Below are positions 18,652 to 27,423 of a stretch of 64,000 nt of DNA, piece after piece (positions within the stretch are counted from its first letter, which is position 1; the number at the start of each line of letters is the position of its first letter). The stretch is from assembly GCA_045123975.1 (NCBI GenBank), contig JBGVKV010000063.1, forward strand, positions 15,070 to 79,069, given 5' to 3'. The stretch comes from Eubacteriales bacterium (GTDB lineage: Bacteria; Bacillota; Clostridia; Oscillospirales; CAG-272). The notes beneath the pieces are model-generated. The model saw only the letters and a program-made list of their open reading frames with translations, did no database searches and was not told where the DNA came from. Position numbers and translations under genes: made by a program.

Positions 18652-18680
18652 ATCGGGAGGCACTGCGCCTCCCGATTTTC
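18652..18680 (+). terminator. rho-independent terminator
   Basis: atcgggaggc-actgc-gcctcccgat-ttt. Confidence 0.7.
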
Positions 18681-18710
18681 ATCGCTTTGATGTGACAGGA
18701 GGAGTACAGC

Positions 18711-19292
18711 ATGCCGGCACCGCTCCATGATAAAAATGAAATAAAGATCTTTACTCTGTTTCTTTTGGACAAGATTGGCTACCCGCTGGATTACAATAAT
18801 ATTGCCTCCATCGTTGTGCAGGACGGCGTCGTGCGGTACTTCGATTTCGCCGACTGCTTCTTTCAGCTTCTGGATGCGGGCCATATCTGCCGCGCAGAGG
18901 ATGCGGATACACAGCTGAGCTTGGACGGGTCGGTGGACTCGGAGCAGGAGGAGAAGTACGTAATCACCGACACCGGTCGGCAGGTTGCCCGCGTGTTGGG
19001 GGATAAGCTGATGATCCGCGTGCGGGAACAGGGCATCCGCAGTGCGCTGCGCCACCTCTCCCTGCAAAAGCTGGGCGCCGTTATTGATCAGAATTATGAG
19101 CCCGACGGAGACGGCTATGCCTACCGCTGCTCCATTAAAGATCCCCAGGGCCAGGTTTTGTCCGTTCACGTCCGCTTGGATAACAAGTGGCAGCTGGATC
19201 GGGTTCTGAAGAATTTCGCAGACCGTCCCGACGTGATCTATCGGGGAATTCTGGCGCTCCTCAACGGAGATGTAAACTATATTTTTGAATAA
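18711..19292 (+). CDS. hypothetical protein (possibly DUF4364-like)
   Basis: 193 aa. The N-terminus KNEIKIFTLFLLDKIGYPLDYNNIASIV resembles the DUF4364 family as I recall it. This assignment is weak. Confidence 0.45.
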   Translation: MPAPLHDKNEIKIFTLFLLDKIGYPLDYNNIASIVVQDGVVRYFDFADCFFQLLDAGHICRAEDADTQLSLDGSVDSEQEEKYVITDTGRQVARVLGDKLMIRVREQGIRSALRHLSLQKLGAVIDQNYEPDGDGYAYRCSIKDPQGQVLSVHVRLDNKWQLDRVLKNFADRPDVIYRGILALLNGDVNYIFE

Positions 19293-19380
19293 TTTAATTC
19301 ATTCGACAGGGATGTGCGTTTGTCGTCAGAAATATTTTTCACAAATTGTACAAAGTTAGGAAAAAATTTTTCGTTGACTA

Positions 19381-19408
19381 TTGACAAAGCCATATTTCGT
19401 GTTATAAT
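19381..19408 (+). promoter_or_regulatory. sigma-A type promoter (TTGACA-16-TATAAT with TGt extended -10)
   Basis: ttgaca at 19381-19386 and tataat at 19403-19408. Confidence 0.6.
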
Positions 19409-19433
19409 GGATTCATAAATCAGTAAAGAATTT

Positions 19434-20015
19434 GTGGTGGATTTCTTGCGGGAACAGTTACGTAACCTGCTTGATGCAGTCGTACAGGGCGATCAAGGCG
19501 CTTTTGAGCGCTTGTCCGAATTGTATACCCCGCTGATCCGTTCCATGAGTGCCCGTTTCATTGAGTCTTTGTCTGCGCAAAACGATGCCGGTTTGATCGA
19601 TGTACAGGATTTGGAGCAAGAGGCACGTCTTGCGCTTTTTCGCGCTGTAAATTCCTACAACCGTAAGCAGCAGGATGTCAGCTTTGGCTTGTATGCCAAA
19701 ATATGCATACGAAACGCATTCATTTCACAGCTGAGAAAAGCAAAAACATCCCGCGCCCGCAAGGAAAAAGCGAACCGACACGTCCCCCGCCAGGCGGAGG
19801 ATCCGCTTCTGTCCGTTATATCGGAGGAGGAAGCCGTGTCGCTGAAGGGCAAGATCCGTCAGGTCCTGTCTTCCTACGAGAACGAGATTTTCGAGCAATA
19901 TATAAGTGGCAGGCCCGTGAGGGACATTGCTGACAGCGTCGGCCGACCGGAGAAATCTGTAAGTAATGCTGTTTACAGAATCCGTGTAAAAATCCGGGGC
20001 TTGCTGAAGCAATAA
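19434..20015 (+). CDS. sigma-70 family RNA polymerase sigma factor (SigH-like by architecture and neighbourhood)
   Basis: Region 2 contains DLEQEARLALFRAVNSYN...FGLYAKICIRNAFISQLRKA. Region 4 HTH is PVRDIADSVGRPEKSVSNAVYRIRVKI. The start codon is GTG. It lies two genes upstream of rlmB. Confidence 0.75.
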   Translation: MVDFLREQLRNLLDAVVQGDQGAFERLSELYTPLIRSMSARFIESLSAQNDAGLIDVQDLEQEARLALFRAVNSYNRKQQDVSFGLYAKICIRNAFISQLRKAKTSRARKEKANRHVPRQAEDPLLSVISEEEAVSLKGKIRQVLSSYENEIFEQYISGRPVRDIADSVGRPEKSVSNAVYRIRVKIRGLLKQ

Positions 20016-20152
20016 TTCGATATTATAATGCCGAAGGCATTTTTAATAGGTAAGCCCGTATAGCTTAATACAGAGCGTTGGCGACAAAGGTGACGGTTGA
20101 AGTCCGTCGAGGGCAAAATTATTTATCCATATTTTTAAGCGAGGTTATTGAA

Positions 20153-20431
20153 ATGTTTCAGGACAAGACACTGACGTGCAAAGAGTGCGGCAACGAGTTC
20201 GTATTCACCGCAGGCGAGCAGGAATTCTACGCAGAGAAGGGCTTCCAGAACGAGCCCCAGAGATGCAAGGCATGCCGTGATGCACGCAAGAACGCAACCA
20301 AGACTCAGCGTGAGATGTTCACCACCGTTTGCGCTAGATGCGGCAAGGAAGCTAAGGTTCCTTTCCAGCCCACCAGCGACAGACCTGTATACTGCAGCGA
20401 GTGCTTCGCAGCTATCAAAGAACAGCAGTAA
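20153..20431 (+). CDS. zinc-ribbon protein with CxxC-x17-CxxC domain
   Basis: 92 aa. It contains CKEC...CKAC and then CARC-17 residues-CSEC. The ATG at 20153 follows AT-rich leader sequence. Confidence 0.7.
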   Translation: MFQDKTLTCKECGNEFVFTAGEQEFYAEKGFQNEPQRCKACRDARKNATKTQREMFTTVCARCGKEAKVPFQPTSDRPVYCSECFAAIKEQQ

Positions 20432-20459
20432 TTTCTTTGTACGCGTAGTATAAATAACA

Positions 20460-20493
20460 GAAGATGCGATCTTTCGCATCTTCTTTATTTTTT
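20460..20493 (+). terminator. rho-independent terminator
   Basis: gaagatgcga-tctt-tcgcatcttc, followed by tttatttttt. Confidence 0.85.
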
Positions 20494-20669
20494 GCCGAAA
20501 AACGGGATTTATCCAGGGATTTCCGTATAAAAATCAGAAATAATATGTACAAAGAGATAATTTTGTGGTATAATGGGCATAACCAAAACTGTTTTTTCAC
20601 GCAGGTAACAGCAAATCGTCGAAAAAAACGGAAATTATAGGGAAAGATTGCGCTTGCAACAGTCAGTGT

Positions 20670-21524
20670 ATGGATAACTATTCAAATAAAAAATTCAATA
20701 AGAACAAAAGAGGTCCTCAGGGAGGCAATCGCCGTCCCGGATACGGGGCCAAGCAGGATCGCCGTCCCGGTGTGGACGTGCCCGCCGCCGCACCGGAGAA
20801 CATCGTCTCCGGACGGAATTCCGTGAGAGAGCTTCTCAAATCCGGTCGGTCTGTGGATAAGCTTTTCGTCCGTACCGGCGACAGAGAAGGCTCCATTACG
20901 GTGATTGTGGCGGAGGCTATCCGTATGGGAATCCCCGTGATCGAGGTGGATGGCTCCAAGTTGGACGCTATGACCTGCGGTGCCCATCATCAGGGTGTGG
21001 CGGCCATGGCTGCGGAAAAGCAGTACGTGGATCTGGAAACCATTGTGAACATTGCCCACGAAAGAGGCGAAAGACCTCTGGTGGTAGTTTGCGACGGTAT
21101 TGAGGATCCCCACAATCTGGGTGCGGTAATCCGCTGTGCGGAATGTGCCGGTGCCCACGGTATCGTGTTGCCCAAGCGGCACGCGGTGGGCCTTACCCCC
21201 GTGGTAACGTCCGCATCTGCCGGTGCTCTGGAGCATATGGCGGTAGCCAAGGTGCAGAACATCGCCGCCGCTATTGAAAAGCTGAAGGAGCTGGGCCTGT
21301 GGATCTTCACCGCCGAGGCCGGCGGCACCCCCTACTACGAAACGGACTGGAAGTGCGGCGCTGCTGTCGTGATGGGCAGTGAGGGCCAGGGCGTCAGCCG
21401 TTTGGTAAAGGAAAAGAGCGATTTCATCGTGTCCATCCCCATGTACGGAAAAGTCAATTCTCTGAATGTTTCCACCGCCGCGTCGGTGATTCTTTGCCAT
21501 GCTGCCCGCATGCAGCGAACCTAA
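20670..21524 (+). CDS. rlmB: 23S rRNA (guanosine-2'-O-)-methyltransferase, SpoU/TrmH family
   Basis: A basic N-terminal tail is followed by a SpoU substrate-binding region and a methylase domain (VVCDGIEDPHNLGAVIR, GSEGQGVSRL, IPMYGKVNSLNVS). Confidence 0.85.
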   Translation: MDNYSNKKFNKNKRGPQGGNRRPGYGAKQDRRPGVDVPAAAPENIVSGRNSVRELLKSGRSVDKLFVRTGDREGSITVIVAEAIRMGIPVIEVDGSKLDAMTCGAHHQGVAAMAAEKQYVDLETIVNIAHERGERPLVVVCDGIEDPHNLGAVIRCAECAGAHGIVLPKRHAVGLTPVVTSASAGALEHMAVAKVQNIAAAIEKLKELGLWIFTAEAGGTPYYETDWKCGAAVVMGSEGQGVSRLVKEKSDFIVSIPMYGKVNSLNVSTAASVILCHAARMQRT

Positions 21525-21544
21525 AAACGTTGATGAATGGGTGA

Positions 21545-23893
21545 ATGATTATGAGTGAAAAATTCAGATCCGCATCGAAGGAGCCGGGCAATACTGAATC
21601 TGCCGGTTCCCTGAAGGAAAAACTGAGTGGTACCTCTGCTCCCGACGCCGGTGTCGACGGAGATCTGGATATCCAGGATCTTCTGAAAAAGTACCTTCCC
21701 GAATTTGCCGAGGAAGAAAAAGCCGAGGAGACTCCCGCAAAAGAGGCTGTCGAGACGGTTCCTGCCGCTGCAACGGAAACGGAGATTGTGGAGGATTCCG
21801 AAGAGGAAAGTGAAGAGGAGGAAGCCAAAAGCGGCTTCTTTGCCCGCCTGCGCGCCTCCGTTGCCAAAGAGGAAGAGGAGCCGGTGATTCCCGATATGTC
21901 CTTGTATGAGGAGATTTCGGCGGAAAACGGCAACGATTCCCGTGCCGAGGATGAGTTGGACCAGAAGCAAGATGAGAACATCCCGGAGGAGGAGACTCCC
22001 GTTCTCGATGAGGAGGAAGATGCTCCCGCCGAAATGGATGAGACCGATCTCAATCTCCTGATGGGCCTGGGCCTGGAGGATCAGATTGATAAAACCGTCG
22101 GTGAGGGAACGGCCGATATGATGGCCGCACAGAACGACGAGGATATCCGCCGTCTGGAGGAAGAGAAGCGCCGTGCCGGCGAGTACGAATATACCGAGCG
22201 GGAGCAGACTCCCCAGATCGCTCAGGCATATAAGACCTCCTTCCGCTTTACCAAGATCAAGATGATCGTCGGACTGTTTTTGACGGCAATCCTCTTCTTC
22301 TATGAGAATATTACGCTGTTCGGTATTCAGTTTGCCGGTGCTTTGGATCCGGCCATCTATCCGGTAGTGTATATTATGATGAGCTTGCAGATCATGCTGC
22401 TGGTGTGTGCCGTGGCGTATGAGCAGATCTTTATCGGCTTCCGCAATCTGTTTACCGGACATCCCACACCGGAGAGCGTTGTGTCTCTGCTGACGGTGTT
22501 CGGCACGCTGTATTCCTTCTACGCCTCAATCGTTGCTACCCAGGGCGTGGAGCCGATTATGTACAACTTTGCCGTGGCCGCCTGCGCCGTTATGTCGCTG
22601 ATCTTCTCTTATTTCAATACGAAACGCGAGATCTTCAGCTTCAATATCGTTTCTTCCAAGAAACCCAAATACGTGTTCCACCGGGTTACCCCGGAGATGG
22701 GCGTGCCTGAGAGCGAGGCCTTTGCGGCTACCGATGAGGACAGCCCCGACGTGCTGCAGATCCGTAAGAGCGGCTTTGTGGACGGTTACTTCGAGAGAAG
22801 CACCGCACCGCTCCATTCCACCCGCATCTACGTGGCTGCTATGCTTACCCTTGTTACCGTGGCCGCCATTCTTCTGGCAGTGCTGGGCTCTCTGGGTGGT
22901 GCCAGTGCCTATGAGGCCGTATCCATCGCCTATATCGCCGTACTTGCCGCCGTTCCCATGTCTATGTTCTTTACATACAGCTATCCCTTCTACAAAGCCA
23001 ACAAGGAAGCGTATGAAAACGACAGCACCATCGTGGGTGAGGCGTCCCTGGAGGAGTATTCCGGCTCTTCCATCATCTCCTTTGAGGATAACAACGTGTT
23101 CCCCTCCTACGGCGTAAAGGTGCAGAATATCAAGATCTACAACAACAACCGTATCGACCGGGTGCTGTACGCCGCTACCAGCGTCTTCTCCGCCGCCGGC
23201 GGTCCCTTGAAGGACGTATTTGAGCTTGCTACCATCGAGATGGGACATTCCGAGGACGTGGAGATTCTGCGTGCCGGTGTGGGCTATCTGGAATGCACCG
23301 TGGACGGCCACAAGTACACCTTCGGCCGTTACGACGTGCTGACGGAGCTGGGTATGGAGTTGCCTGAGGAAAGCATGGAAGAGGATTCCTATATTGAAGG
23401 GGATCTGAGCATTATGTACATGCTCCGTGAGGGTGATCTTATTGCCAAGATGTTCATCAAGTACGTGATGGATGCGGACTTCGAGTTCATTCTCCGCCAG
23501 TTTGCTCAGAACGGCAGCTGCGTGTGCATCAAGACATACGATCCCAACATCGACGAGGCCATGATCTTCAGAAAGATCCACAGCAAAAAGTACCCCATGA
23601 AGGTCATCAAGAACTACGAATCCACCGAGGGTGTGGATCGGCTGAACAGCGGTATCGTGACCCGTGGTACCACCAAGTCTCTGTTGCAGACGGTTTCCTT
23701 CTGTGATATGGTGCTCAGCGTAAAGCGCACCAATATGGTGATCAGCGTGGCATCTGCCCTCGTTACCTTGGTCATTCTGTTTATTGTATCCCTGTCGGAT
23801 AATTTGGGCGCCATCGGTTCCTGGCTGATCGTTTTGAATCAGCTGTTCTGGATGCTCCCCGCTATGCTGACAACAAAACTGTATATCCGATAA
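21545..23893 (+). CDS. polytopic membrane protein, degenerate P-type (P1B-like) ATPase homolog with acidic N-terminal tail
   Basis: 782 aa. Residues 1 to about 230 are Glu/Asp-rich low complexity. Multiple TM helices follow. The cytoplasmic loop aligns by eye to the P/N domains but reads SIISFEDNNVF where DKTGT is expected, and IKTYDPNI where TGDN is expected. Confidence 0.6.
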   Translation: MIMSEKFRSASKEPGNTESAGSLKEKLSGTSAPDAGVDGDLDIQDLLKKYLPEFAEEEKAEETPAKEAVETVPAAATETEIVEDSEEESEEEEAKSGFFARLRASVAKEEEEPVIPDMSLYEEISAENGNDSRAEDELDQKQDENIPEEETPVLDEEEDAPAEMDETDLNLLMGLGLEDQIDKTVGEGTADMMAAQNDEDIRRLEEEKRRAGEYEYTEREQTPQIAQAYKTSFRFTKIKMIVGLFLTAILFFYENITLFGIQFAGALDPAIYPVVYIMMSLQIMLLVCAVAYEQIFIGFRNLFTGHPTPESVVSLLTVFGTLYSFYASIVATQGVEPIMYNFAVAACAVMSLIFSYFNTKREIFSFNIVSSKKPKYVFHRVTPEMGVPESEAFAATDEDSPDVLQIRKSGFVDGYFERSTAPLHSTRIYVAAMLTLVTVAAILLAVLGSLGGASAYEAVSIAYIAVLAAVPMSMFFTYSYPFYKANKEAYENDSTIVGEASLEEYSGSSIISFEDNNVFPSYGVKVQNIKIYNNNRIDRVLYAATSVFSAAGGPLKDVFELATIEMGHSEDVEILRAGVGYLECTVDGHKYTFGRYDVLTELGMELPEESMEEDSYIEGDLSIMYMLREGDLIAKMFIKYVMDADFEFILRQFAQNGSCVCIKTYDPNIDEAMIFRKIHSKKYPMKVIKNYESTEGVDRLNSGIVTRGTTKSLLQTVSFCDMVLSVKRTNMVISVASALVTLVILFIVSLSDNLGAIGSWLIVLNQLFWMLPAMLTTKLYIR

Positions 23894-23943
23894 TATAACG
23901 GAAGGGGAGGGAGGATTCCTTCCCCTTTTCCACAGGAGTTTTT

Positions 23944-26571
23944 ATGAGAGAAGATATTCGTTCTTTTTTGAGTCGGGTGGAGAAGCCCGGCCGCTATACC
24001 GGCGGTGAGCCGGGATCGGTGTACAAGGATTTGCAAAACGTTCGCCTCCGTGTGGCATTTTGCTTCCCCGATACCTACGAGATCGGTATGTCCAATCTGG
24101 GTATGCGGATATTGTGCCAGGCATTCAACGAGTTGGATGCGGTCTGGTGCGAGCGGGTGTACGCTCCCTGGGTGGATATGGAAAAGGAAATGCGCGAGCG
24201 GCATATCCCCCTGTTTACCCACGAGAGCGGCGATCCCGTAGGGGAGTTTGATATCGTAGCCTTCACCCTGCAGTACGAGATGTGCTACACCACCGTTCTC
24301 AATATGATGGATCTGGCGGGTATTCCCCTCCGGTCGGCGGATCGTGGCGAGGATTCTCCCGTTATCCTGGCCGGCGGCCCCTGTGCCTACAATCCCGAGC
24401 CCCTGGCTCCCTTTGTGGATATTTTCTCCATCGGTGAGGGGGAGGAGGCTCTGCCCGAGCTGGCCAAACTGTATCTGTCCATGAAGGAAAACGGTACCTA
24501 TACGAAATCCGCCTTCCTCCGTGAAGCCTCCCATCTGGAGGGCTTTTACGTGCCTTCGCTGTACGATGTGGCTTACCGTTCCGATAACACCGTCGAATCC
24601 ATCACACCGCAGTATCCCGACGTGCCTGCAAAGGTGCGCCGCCGCGTGGTGGCGGACGTGGACCATACCGTGGTGCCTACCGCTCCCGTGATGCCCTATA
24701 TCGAAACGGTGCAGGACCGTGTGACGCTGGAGGTGTTCCGCGGCTGCGTGCGCGGCTGCCGCTTCTGCCAGGCCGGATTCATTACCCGTCCCGTGCGGGA
24801 GAAATCCGTGCCCGTGCTGTGCGATATTGCCCGCACTACAGCGGAGAATACGGGATATGACGAGATCTCCCTGATGTCGTTGTCCATCAGCGACTATACG
24901 GAGATCGGCCATTTGACGGATGAGCTTTTGGAATGGACCGACGAGAAGAAGATCAATCTGGCCCTGCCGTCTTTGCGTGCGGACAGCTTCAGCCGGGAAT
25001 TGATGGATAAGATCTCCGGCGTCCGTACCTCCACCTTGACCTTTGCCCCCGAGGCAGGCACCCAGCGTCTGCGTGACGTGATCAACAAAAACGTTACCGA
25101 GGAAGAAATCCTCAACGCCTGCCGTATCGCTTTCGAGGCAGGCAAGACCCAGGTGAAGCTGTACTTTATGATAGGTCTGCCCGGGGAAACCTATGAGGAT
25201 ATCGCCGGTATTGCCGAGATTGCCAAACACGTTCTCGACACCTTCTACGCTACGCCCAACCGGAACCGTGCCCGTGCACCTCAGGTGACCTTGAGTGTGG
25301 CCTGCTTTATCCCCAAGCCCCAGACTCCCTTCCAGTGGGAAGGGCAGGACACCATGGAGTCTCTGTCGGAGAAGCAGAAGTTTTTGATGAGCAAGATCAC
25401 CGATCGGAAGATCCGTTACAATTACCACGATGCCCGCACCTCTCATCTGGAGGCGGTGTTCGCCCGTGGTGACCGCCGTCTGGGCGATGCTCTGGAATTG
25501 GCCCAAAAGGAAGGCATGCGCTTTGATGCGTGGGAGGAATTTTTCGATTACGATAAATGGATGGACGTGATCCGCCGCTGCGGTCTGGATCCGGATTTTT
25601 ACGCCAACCGCGCTATCCCCGACGGGGAAATCCTTCCGTGGGATATGATCGAATGCGGCGTCAGCCGGGAATTTTTGCTTCGTGAGCGCCACAAATCCCA
25701 GGCGGGTACGCCCACGCCCGGCTGTCATGAGAAATGCTCCGCCTGCGGTGCCAACGGCGGTATCGATCCGTCGGCCTGCACCTGGTGTCCCGGCGGAAAG
25801 GCCTCCGAAAAGAAGACGGATGCTCCCCGCGAGGAAAAGGCATACCGGGCTCCAGCCCCCCGGCCTACTCCCGGATTCTCCGATCCGGGTACACAGAAGG
25901 TTCCGTACCGCAACGTGCGCGTTCGCTTTGTGAAAGAGGATCCCGCTTTGTATATCGGCCATCTGGACGTGGCCCGGGTGATGTCCCGTGTGGTTACGAA
26001 ATCCGGTTTGCCCGTGTATTATACCGAAGGATTCAATCCTCGACCTAAGCTGGTGTTTGCTTCTCCCTTGTCTGTGGGATGCGGCAGTACCTGCGAGATT
26101 ATGGATATCCGCGTTCTGCCCGAGGTGACCGATGGGGAAATCCTCGCCGCGCTGAAAACAGCGGAGATCAAGGGACTTACGGTGACGGACGTGTACGAGG
26201 CAAAAACCAAATTGACGGAGATCACGGACGCGGCGTACCGCCTGCGCATCCATTCTCCCAAGGCCGATGCGGCGTATGCCGGGCAGATTGAGGAACGCTT
26301 CAAGACTCCCGTTGTTATGATGAAAAAGTCCAAGAGCGGTGAAAAAGAGGTGGATATCACCTCCCTGATCCGTTCGCTGACGGCAGCCTATGATGAAACA
26401 AGCGGCACCGTGGTGGTGGACTGCACTCTGGCGTGCAGCAGCAGTGAGTATCTGAATCCCTCCTACGTGGCGGATGCCATCGCAAGGGAAACGGATCTCA
26501 TCACCGAGGATACATGGCATGAGACAGTGCGGTGCGCAATGCTTCGTGCCGACGGCACAGAATTCCAATAA
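23944..26571 (+). CDS. radical SAM protein of the TIGR03960 type fused to a DUF2344/TIGR03936-type C-terminal domain
   Basis: 875 aa. The radical SAM cluster motif is CVRGCRFCQAG. The N-terminal MREDIRSFLSRVEKPGRYTGGE is typical of this family. The C-terminal 250 aa (RVRFVKEDPALYIGHLD...) matches the radical-SAM-linked protein. Confidence 0.8.
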   Translation: MREDIRSFLSRVEKPGRYTGGEPGSVYKDLQNVRLRVAFCFPDTYEIGMSNLGMRILCQAFNELDAVWCERVYAPWVDMEKEMRERHIPLFTHESGDPVGEFDIVAFTLQYEMCYTTVLNMMDLAGIPLRSADRGEDSPVILAGGPCAYNPEPLAPFVDIFSIGEGEEALPELAKLYLSMKENGTYTKSAFLREASHLEGFYVPSLYDVAYRSDNTVESITPQYPDVPAKVRRRVVADVDHTVVPTAPVMPYIETVQDRVTLEVFRGCVRGCRFCQAGFITRPVREKSVPVLCDIARTTAENTGYDEISLMSLSISDYTEIGHLTDELLEWTDEKKINLALPSLRADSFSRELMDKISGVRTSTLTFAPEAGTQRLRDVINKNVTEEEILNACRIAFEAGKTQVKLYFMIGLPGETYEDIAGIAEIAKHVLDTFYATPNRNRARAPQVTLSVACFIPKPQTPFQWEGQDTMESLSEKQKFLMSKITDRKIRYNYHDARTSHLEAVFARGDRRLGDALELAQKEGMRFDAWEEFFDYDKWMDVIRRCGLDPDFYANRAIPDGEILPWDMIECGVSREFLLRERHKSQAGTPTPGCHEKCSACGANGGIDPSACTWCPGGKASEKKTDAPREEKAYRAPAPRPTPGFSDPGTQKVPYRNVRVRFVKEDPALYIGHLDVARVMSRVVTKSGLPVYYTEGFNPRPKLVFASPLSVGCGSTCEIMDIRVLPEVTDGEILAALKTAEIKGLTVTDVYEAKTKLTEITDAAYRLRIHSPKADAAYAGQIEERFKTPVVMMKKSKSGEKEVDITSLIRSLTAAYDETSGTVVVDCTLACSSSEYLNPSYVADAIARETDLITEDTWHETVRCAMLRADGTEFQ

Positions 26572-26578
26572 TACGATG

Positions 26579-26606
26579 GGGCGTGCGACAGCACGCCCTG
26601 CTTTTT
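26579..26606 (+). terminator. rho-independent terminator
   Basis: gggcgtgc-gaca-gcacgccc-tgcttttt. Confidence 0.7.
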
Positions 26607-26648
26607 CAAAAAAATAAGATATTTTATCAAAAAGTTGTAAAAAACCTA

Positions 26649-26677
26649 TTGACAAACAGGAGTAAAGTCAGTATAAT
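26649..26677 (+). promoter_or_regulatory. consensus sigma-A promoter (TTGACA-17-TATAAT) for rplJ-rplL
   Basis: ttgaca at 26649-26654 and tataat at 26672-26677, with a spacer of exactly 17 nt. Confidence 0.8.
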
Positions 26678-26683
26678 ACTTGT

Positions 26684-26839
26684 GTTGATCCAAAGACAGC
26701 AGGTTCCGGTAAAAGCGTTTGCTTTCCTGCCGAGGAGAGATTTAATATGTATATATTATGTCTTTTTTCGGTTTGCCGGAAAAAGACATTTTTTGTTGCC
26801 TGCGGTCCGTGAGCAAACTTTTACAAGGAGGAGATCCAA
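26684..26839 (+). ncRNA. ribosomal protein L10 leader (autoregulatory 5' UTR with terminator/attenuator hairpin at 26758-26795)
   Basis: A ~155-nt leader lies between the promoter and rplJ. It ends in the hairpin atgtcttttttcgg...ccggaaaaagacat followed by tttttt, about 45 nt before the rplJ ATG. This is the position and architecture of the Firmicute L10 leader. No covariance model was run. Confidence 0.6.
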
Positions 26840-27373
26840 ATGCCTAACGCAAAAGTACTGGAGCAGAAAAAACTCGCTGTTGAAACTCTCGCTGATAAGA
26901 TGGGTCGCGCTGCTTCCGGTGTTCTCGTAAAGTATGAGGGTATCACCGTTGAGGACGATACTAAGATGCGTGCAGCTCTTCGTAAGGCCGGTGTAGAATA
27001 CACCGTACTGAAGAACTCCATCATCGGCCGTGCATGCGACAATGCAGGTTTCACCGCTCTGAAGAGCGAGCTGACCGGCATGAACGCAGTAGCGATCAGT
27101 TTTGACGACCAGGTTGCACCCGCAAAGATCCTGAAGGAGTATGCGGATAAGATCGAGTCTTTCCAGCTTCGCGGCGGTTTCGTTGACGGTGAAGTTCTGG
27201 ACGCAGCCGGTGTAAACGAGCTGGCAACCATTCCGTCCAAGGACGTACTCGTCGGCAAGATTCTTGGAAGCATCCAGGGACCTCTGTACAGCCTGGCATT
27301 CGCCCTGCAGGCTATTATCGACAAGAACGGCGAAGGTGCTGCCGAAGAAGCAGCTCCCGCAGCAGAAGCGTAA
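26840..27373 (+). CDS. rplJ: 50S ribosomal protein L10
   Basis: MPNAKVLEQKKLAVETLADKM..., 177 aa. The RBS aaggagga lies upstream. Confidence 0.93.
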   Translation: MPNAKVLEQKKLAVETLADKMGRAASGVLVKYEGITVEDDTKMRAALRKAGVEYTVLKNSIIGRACDNAGFTALKSELTGMNAVAISFDDQVAPAKILKEYADKIESFQLRGGFVDGEVLDAAGVNELATIPSKDVLVGKILGSIQGPLYSLAFALQAIIDKNGEGAAEEAAPAAEA

Positions 27374-27423
27374 TTTCTGCATAATTAATTTTTGAAAAAC
27401 GACAAATTTGGAGGATAATGAAA

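Noticed and set aside
287-18663. A series of long shadow ORFs: 287-1531(+), 2368-3435(-), 6824-8332(-), 8055-9539(-), 9460-10485(-), 10735-12006(-), 13608-14363(-) and 16873-18663(-)
   Set aside because: Each lies opposite a confidently recognised gene (ribF, the ParA-like gene/the MGS-like gene/nth, nfo/gatC, gatA, gatB, hom, the HAD hydrolase, the SBP). Each also has the Arg/Gly/His/Pro-rich composition typical of antisense translation of GC3-rich genes.
20415-20600. 61-aa minus-strand ORF in the zinc-ribbon/rlmB intergenic region, and similar small ORFs at 46088-46303 and 26532-26930
   Set aside because: They lie in AT-rich intergenic sequence occupied by terminators, promoters or the L10 leader. 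They have no RBS and an implausible Ile/Leu/Lys/Phe-rich composition.
23839-26655. 938-aa minus-strand ORF
   Set aside because: It is antisense to the radical SAM fusion gene, which carries the CxxxCxxC motif and family-typical N-terminus. The product is low complexity and rich in Arg, Gly and His.
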